Origin: an uncultured Planctomycetota bacterium
GTDB lineage: Bacteria; Planctomycetota; Planctomycetia; Gemmatales; Gemmataceae
Direction: 5' to 3'
Assembly: GCA_963784995.1 (NCBI GenBank)
Contig: CAWATZ010000006.1
Location: 72,853-136,852, forward strand
Length of the DNA stretch: 64,000 bases
Numbering within the stretch: position 1 is the first letter of the stretch; each line of letters begins with the position of its first letter. The notes beneath the pieces were generated by a model. The model saw nothing but the letters and a program-made list of their open reading frames with translations, had not been told where the DNA came from and ran no database searches. Of the stretch, positions 59,696 to 64,000 are shown one piece after another. Both the position numbers and the translations under genes were made by a program.

Positions 59696-62194
59696 TCACT
59701 CCTCGATCCCCTCCGGGCACTCCGCCGCGATCGTGCGGTAAAGCTGGATCGCCTTCTGGAAGGCTTGCCGCGCCGCTTCGCGCTCCCCGGCCGCGATCGC
59801 CTTGCTTCGGGCCCGCCACAGCTGCTCGATACATCCCGCGCACCACAAGGCACTGGACCGCGAGGCGCGAATCGGCTTGCCCAGAACCCGGACGGTGACC
59901 GGGTTGGTGTGCAGTTGCGGGAAGTGCCGCAGGGCGATCCAGCTGCTGCGCTCCACCAAGACGGTGAAGGTCACTTCGTGAATCCGATCGTCGGCAGGCA
60001 CGTCCTCGGCAGCAGCCACCTTGCCGTTGACCACAACCTCGACCCGGCGCTTACGGTTTTGGATTTTGTCCGGTCGAGTCTCGTGCAGGTTGACCGTGTC
60101 GCCGATAAGACGTGTCCCCCCTTTGGGCATGACCCCGCCGTAAGGGACTTCCAGGGGCGTCTCCGAGGCGAAGGCGACCCGGGCCGTCACCGTCACCCGG
60201 CCCGGCCTGTCCAGGGCCAACTCCTGACCAGCGGTCTTGCCGTTGACCGCGAAGGCCAGTGCGTGAGCGTAGCCATCGGAAACGTAGGACCGACCGCGGG
60301 CCAGCCCCTCGCACCAGGCGGCGAAATCGATCCTGTCCACCTTGCCCAGCTGAACGTAGACCCGGCCCTGGCCGACGCGCGTGCCGCTCATACAGGGAAA
60401 GTCGGTCTCGCCGCTGGCCTTCAGAGGGAAGCCGCTGTTCAGCACGTGATACCAGCAATTCCACTCCGCGATGCGTGCCGTGTCCATGGCGCTGATGAAG
60501 TCACACAGGCCCTCCGTAACGGTCACGAAGATTTCCTGGGCGCCGACGCCGCCCATTTCCGGGATCGCCAGGTTGGGCAGCCGATCCGCCACGCGGTCCA
60601 GACTGGTCAGCAGCTCCGCCTCGGTCAGGAAGCCGTCCCTGTCGGTGTCGATGGCGGCGAAGCGCTCGGGGAGCAGGCCCTTCCCGGCTTCCTCCCGGCT
60701 CAGCCGGCCGTCCCGGTCCGAGTCCAGCTCGGCAAGCAGCCGGCGGGCCGCCTCGCGCGGCACGATCGCCAGGCCGCTGGCCGAGTGGGCATAGCCGGTG
60801 ACCGCCCCTTGCTTTTTCGCCCAGCGCAGCACCGGCGTGGTCCAGGTGGGCCAGCCCCGGATGCCGTCCGAGCCGGGATACGACTGCTCCTGGAGGTTCA
60901 GCAGGCAGACGTGCCCCAGCGCCTGCGAGCCGAAGCCGCTGACCTCGACGTCGTATTTGAGGACACACAACGGCTCGCTCCGCCTGTCAATGGTGGGCGA
61001 GAAGAACTGCCGCTGGAACTGGTAACAAGGCCCCCAGGTGAGGATGCAGCCGACGTTGAGCCCCTCGCCCTGGACCTGCAAGAACATGTCCCGGGCCAGC
61101 ACGCCTTCGCTGGGAGAAGTGTAGTGAGCGCAGCCGGCCGCGTGGACGTGATGGTCGCCGGAATAGTAGCCGTGGTCGGCCGGGTTGATCCAGCGCTCCA
61201 GCCGCAGGGCGAGCGCCGCTTCGCCCCGGTCCGGGATGGCGACCTTGCGCTGCAGGGTGCGATACTCCGGACCGCGCGAATACGACAGCAGCAGCTCGCC
61301 CGGCGGCAGCAGGACGGTGTCGCCGTGGCGGCGGTAGATCTGCTGCTGAAAGAACAGGTCCGGAGCCAGCCGTTTGGCCTGCGGCGGATAGACCCGGCCG
61401 GTCCGGTCCTTGAAGATCAGCCGGCCCGTGGTGGGCCGGCCATCCGAATCCCGGATCGAGAACTGGACCGGCACCGCCGGCCGGATGTCGAAGCGAACCC
61501 GCGTTTCGCCCCGGCCCCTGTCGTCCGGATTGACCGAGAAGCCGATGGTCGCTTGCCGCTCCCCGGCGACGCTGGCATGCACCAGGGCGATGGCGTATTC
61601 CACCTCCAGACCGCTGAGCGTGGCGGTCATCGGCTGGCTGGTACACGTTTCCAGCTGCAGGAAGCGATCCTTGTCCCCCTTGACGTTCTCGTTCTCCCGG
61701 AGATGCGTCTGTCCCTGCCGGGTCATGCTGAGAGGAGCCACGCCCGCATAGACGGGGCCGGACTGCGGGCTGGAGATGCGCAGCGCCCGGGCGATCCCCG
61801 CCGGGTTAACGACCTTCAGCAGCACCGGGACGCAGCCGGCCTGCTGGAGTCGGGCCTGTGCCCCGGCCTTGCCGGGAGCGACCTTGACGGTCCCCTGGGC
61901 GTCCAGAGTGAGTATCAGGAAGACGTGGGGATCGAGGGTCTTCTGCATCGAGCCGCTGTCACGCGCCTCCCCGGCCTTCTTGAGCGCGGCCCGGGTCTCG
62001 GCCGGCAGCGGGGCGCCCAGAAGATCCAGTGCCGTGACGAGCCGCTGCACGTTGGCTGCCAGCGGCTGCCCCTCGACGGCCGGCGGAGCCGGCTCCGCGG
62101 CGCGAGCCAGGAGCGACACAAGGCACGTGAGGATGCCGGCCCAACCCAGCATCGCCCGGCCCGAGGCAAACCTGACCAGGGTTCCGGATCGCAT
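59696..62194 (-). CDS. secreted PHP-domain (CehA/McbA-like) metallohydrolase family protein with EF-hand-like Ca-binding loops
   Basis: Signal peptide. YYSGDHHVHAAGCAHY PHP metal site. DSDRDGRLSREE and DTDRDGFLTEAE are EF-hand loops. Confidence 0.65.
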   Translation of the reverse strand: MRSGTLVRFASGRAMLGWAGILTCLVSLLARAAEPAPPAVEGQPLAANVQRLVTALDLLGAPLPAETRAALKKAGEARDSGSMQKTLDPHVFLILTLDAQGTVKVAPGKAGAQARLQQAGCVPVLLKVVNPAGIARALRISSPQSGPVYAGVAPLSMTRQGQTHLRENENVKGDKDRFLQLETCTSQPMTATLSGLEVEYAIALVHASVAGERQATIGFSVNPDDRGRGETRVRFDIRPAVPVQFSIRDSDGRPTTGRLIFKDRTGRVYPPQAKRLAPDLFFQQQIYRRHGDTVLLPPGELLLSYSRGPEYRTLQRKVAIPDRGEAALALRLERWINPADHGYYSGDHHVHAAGCAHYTSPSEGVLARDMFLQVQGEGLNVGCILTWGPCYQFQRQFFSPTIDRRSEPLCVLKYDVEVSGFGSQALGHVCLLNLQEQSYPGSDGIRGWPTWTTPVLRWAKKQGAVTGYAHSASGLAIVPREAARRLLAELDSDRDGRLSREEAGKGLLPERFAAIDTDRDGFLTEAELLTSLDRVADRLPNLAIPEMGGVGAQEIFVTVTEGLCDFISAMDTARIAEWNCWYHVLNSGFPLKASGETDFPCMSGTRVGQGRVYVQLGKVDRIDFAAWCEGLARGRSYVSDGYAHALAFAVNGKTAGQELALDRPGRVTVTARVAFASETPLEVPYGGVMPKGGTRLIGDTVNLHETRPDKIQNRKRRVEVVVNGKVAAAEDVPADDRIHEVTFTVLVERSSWIALRHFPQLHTNPVTVRVLGKPIRASRSSALWCAGCIEQLWRARSKAIAAGEREAARQAFQKAIQLYRTIAAECPEGIEE

Positions 62195-62233
62195 GATCGT
62201 CCTCAGGGCTGGCAGCGAACACCAAACCTGGGT

Positions 62234-64000
62234 TCAGCGCGGCATGCCGCCGCGGGCCCGAATGCCCTGGATCGCTTGCATGGCCGCATTCCGGATCCCC
62301 AGGGTGCCTTTCTTGTCCTGGTTGGCGACCCCGCTCAGGACGGCGACGCTTTGCGCGGTCCCGATGTCCTTGAGGATGTTGCAGGCGTCAATCCATAGCG
62401 GCCTGTTCTGCGGCGTGAACAGCTGCGCGACCACCGGCTCGGCCACCGGGCCCATCTCCTTGAGCAGCCTGATCGCGTGGGGCTTGTCGTTCGGGTCCAC
62501 CATCCGATTGACCAGTGCCACCGCCGCCTTGGGGTCCTTGAATTTGGCCAGAGCGGTCATCGCTTCCTGGCGCTTGGGGTTCTGTGGGGCCAGCACCTGC
62601 TGAATCAGGGCCTGGAGGTCCTGACCGCCGGGTTGTCCGAGATTGCCGCCCATCGGGTTGCCGCCCGCCGGGTTGCCGGCCACCTGGGTGCCCCACTCCT
62701 GGAGGAGCTTCATGGCTCGCTTGTCGGCGCCATGCTGCTTGTTGGCGACGTAGGGCATGACGGCGTTGGCGGCCGTCTCTTTCCCCATTTGCCGCAGCGT
62801 TTCCTCGGCCTTGCCGGCTTCAAAGAAGTTCGTCAACTGCCTGGCGACGATCTCGGCGCCGCGGGTCTTTCAAACGGACCAGGGCCTGGCGCAGGAAGGC
62901 GTTGGCTTCCCCGTCGGGCAAGCCGCCCTCCTTGTTCAGCACTTCCCCCATGACCGGGATGGCGTCCGCCGTCGCCCAGTTCTTCATTCCCTTGGCGGCC
63001 GCACGCCGCGTCGAGTCGTTGCGGAGCAACCCCTCGAGGGCCTTGGAGATCGCCGCTTGCTGGTCGGCCACCGCCTCCGTCTGGCCCAGCCACTCACAGA
63101 CGGCGTTGCGGACCTCGTTCTCGGGGCTGTTCAGGTCCATCAGGGCCTGGGCCGCGATCTCGCCGTTGGTCGCGTTGAATTTCTTCAGTGCGGTCTGGAT
63201 CTGCTTGCGGGCCTCGTTTTTCTTGGTGAAGGCCAGACCCACCAGCTTGGGCTTGGCCTTGTCGCCGAACTTGTCCAGCGCCTCCTGCGCCGCCTGACCG
63301 TGAAAGAAATTGCCCAGCTGACTCACGATCACTTCCAGGCCGCGCTCGTCCTGCAGTTTGCCCAGCGTTCGCATGATCTCCTTGCGGCGGTCGTCGAGTT
63401 CATTGGTCTTCTCGAAGATGGTGATCAGCGTGGGGACCTGCTCCGCCGTGGCCCAGCGGATCAGGGCGTTCTCCCCGCCCCACACCCCGTTGACTCCCTG
63501 CAGGTTGGCCAGTTCCCGGGCCACGTCCGCCTGCTCGGGGCCGTTCGGCTCGGTCTTGGTCAGGTAGCGGATCGCTCGGTTCTTGTCGTCCAGGTTGGCA
63601 CCCCTGAGCAGCTTCAGCGCCTCGCCGACCGAAGTGGGCTCCGGCTTGGGTGCGAAAGGATTGTCGCCCCCGAAGACCTTGTTCGGGTCCGGGAAGTCGC
63701 CGGGGCGCGGCATGTTCTTCGGGTCGGGGAAGTTGATGTTGATCTGGGGGTTGTCCTTCCTCGCTTGGGCGATATCCTTGTTGGCCTGTTTGAATGCCTT
63801 GGCCAGCTCGGCCTCAAAATCGCCTTTCTCCCGGCGAATCTTGGCGATTTCCGGATCTTCCCCCTCCATCGTACACAGGATGACCACGACTCCGACGACG
63901 AGCAGCAGCACCAGGCCGCCGACGCCGAGGCCGATGATCAGGCCGACCGGGGCGCCGCCCTTCTTCTTGCCGGCGGGTTTCGACTTGCGGCCCTTGCGAT
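62234..64000 (-). CDS. HEAT-repeat protein (N-terminus beyond the window end; frameshift near 62840)
   Basis: Repeated ...AIRYL/AIRLL..., ...ALKKF/ALAKF.... armadillo/HEAT-like helices across 62234-62836 and 62820-64000. A TM segment (LLLVVGVVVILC) lies near the N-terminus. Confidence 0.6.

Noticed and set aside
59465-62398. 977-aa + strand ORF over the PHP/EF-hand gene
   Set aside because: Low-complexity antisense reading. The minus strand encodes a protein with a signal peptide, a PHP metal site and EF-hand loops.
1-64000. tRNA, rRNA or other structured RNA genes
   Set aside because: I scanned the intergenic regions for T-loop (GGTTCGA.TCC) and CCA-end cloverleaf contexts and found none. 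No rRNA-like conserved blocks.

Overview
High-GC (~65-70%) bacterial chromosome segment whose gene content points to Planctomycetota, probably a Gemmataceae-like organism. Supporting content: DUF1559 (H-X9-DG) N-terminal prepilin-like proteins, many Ser/Thr kinases fused to TPR/WD40 repeats, planctomycete-type ECF sigma factors, DUF1080, and giant tandem amidohydrolases. Housekeeping content: hemE, hemN, a terpene pair (DUF116-polyprenyl synthase fusion plus squalene-hopene cyclase), an MFS transporter, a DMT transporter, AlkD, glycosyltransferase, thioesterase and methyltransferase. Four things stand out. (1) At 0.5-5.7 kb a type-VII-secretion-like module: three small helical proteins with W-x-D/G centres, followed by a 1,300-aa FtsK/SpoIIIE ATPase with coiled-coil/2-TM N-terminus and three P-loop-like domains, only the middle one canonical. 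(2) A family of ~40-bp GC-rich palindromic elements (8 copies between 25.9 and 37.9 kb) sits inside the coding sequences of a sigma factor, a Ser/Thr kinase and, five times, a hybrid response-regulator/histidine-kinase gene; the reading frame is lost at each internal copy. Two larger hairpin MITE-like elements are also present, one with a 10-bp target duplication. (3) Five paralogs of Rpn/YhgA-like PD-(D/E)XK 'transposase_31'/DUF4351 proteins. Two of them, plus a small two-gene cassette, sit exactly downstream of a host gene and are bracketed by a diverged duplicate of that host gene's 3' end. (4) About 18 single-nucleotide frameshifts in otherwise obviously intact genes, which suggests an indel-prone (long-read) assembly and means all frame-based calls here need care. 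No rRNA, tRNA or CRISPR array was recognisable.
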